Shown here: in pieces, positions 63,791 to 64,000 of the stretch | Position numbering within the stretch: the stretch's first letter is position 1 | Layout: each line of letters starts with the position of its first letter | Origin: Octopus sinensis | Taxonomy: Eukaryota | DNA length: 64,000 nt | Direction of reading: 5' to 3' | Assembly (NCBI RefSeq): GCF_006345805.1 | Contig: NC_043015.1 | Location: 1,736,001 to 1,800,000, forward strand | Translations under genes and position numbers: made by a program | The notes under the pieces: generated by a model | Database searches by the model: none | The model's input: only the letters and a program-made list of their open reading frames with translations | What the model was told of the DNA's origin: nothing

Positions 63791-64000
63791 AGTTAACAAT
63801 TCTTCCTTTCACTTTCTTAGTTGTAGATTTGGCCTTTGCTATTGAAGTATGATTTTATGTCACTTTAAAACCTACTTTATGAATGGTCGGCGTAATTAGC
63901 GTTCATAGTATAAATGCGTTTTTGTAAATGCATTTGTAATTTCAAATTACTTTAAAACCTAGTTCATGATATGTCAGTGTAATTAGGTGTAAATGTCATT

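Overview
AT-rich, microsatellite-saturated eukaryotic DNA. Its SINE, LINE and simple-repeat content is what I associate with Octopus (coleoid cephalopod); the species is inferred, not shown. The only protein-coding gene I can support is MPDU1 (mannose-P-dolichol utilization defect 1, PQ-loop family) on the minus strand. Four coding exons (97, 66, 133 and 205 nt; GT-AG; phases 1,1,2,0) give 167 codons across about 41.5 kb. The last about 80 codons, expected from vertebrate MPDU1, were not found and probably lie left of position 1. Almost all other six-frame ORFs are artefacts of simple repeats. The introns and upstream region hold several tRNA-derived SINE families (including a dimer and a trimer with target-site duplications), and CR1, RTE and R4/Dong-like LINE fragments. 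They also hold two Penelope-like RT relics, Helitron-like elements, hAT- and piggyBac-like MITEs, three long fold-back palindromes and a degenerate tRNA-Gln. The most interesting signal is a set of minimal type I hammerhead-ribozyme motifs in several unrelated short repeats. Their 3-8 core pair co-varies (C3-G8, U3-A8, G3-C8). Most have a palindromic helix III, each has an extra base between A9 and helix II, and several sit next to (TA)n tracts or inside inverted structures. One lies about 160 nt upstream of the MPDU1 start codon and one is in a 344-nt unit with terminal direct repeats (retrozyme-like). Exon, tRNA, TSD and ribozyme coordinates were counted by hand; other repeat boundaries are approximate (about 20-50 nt).
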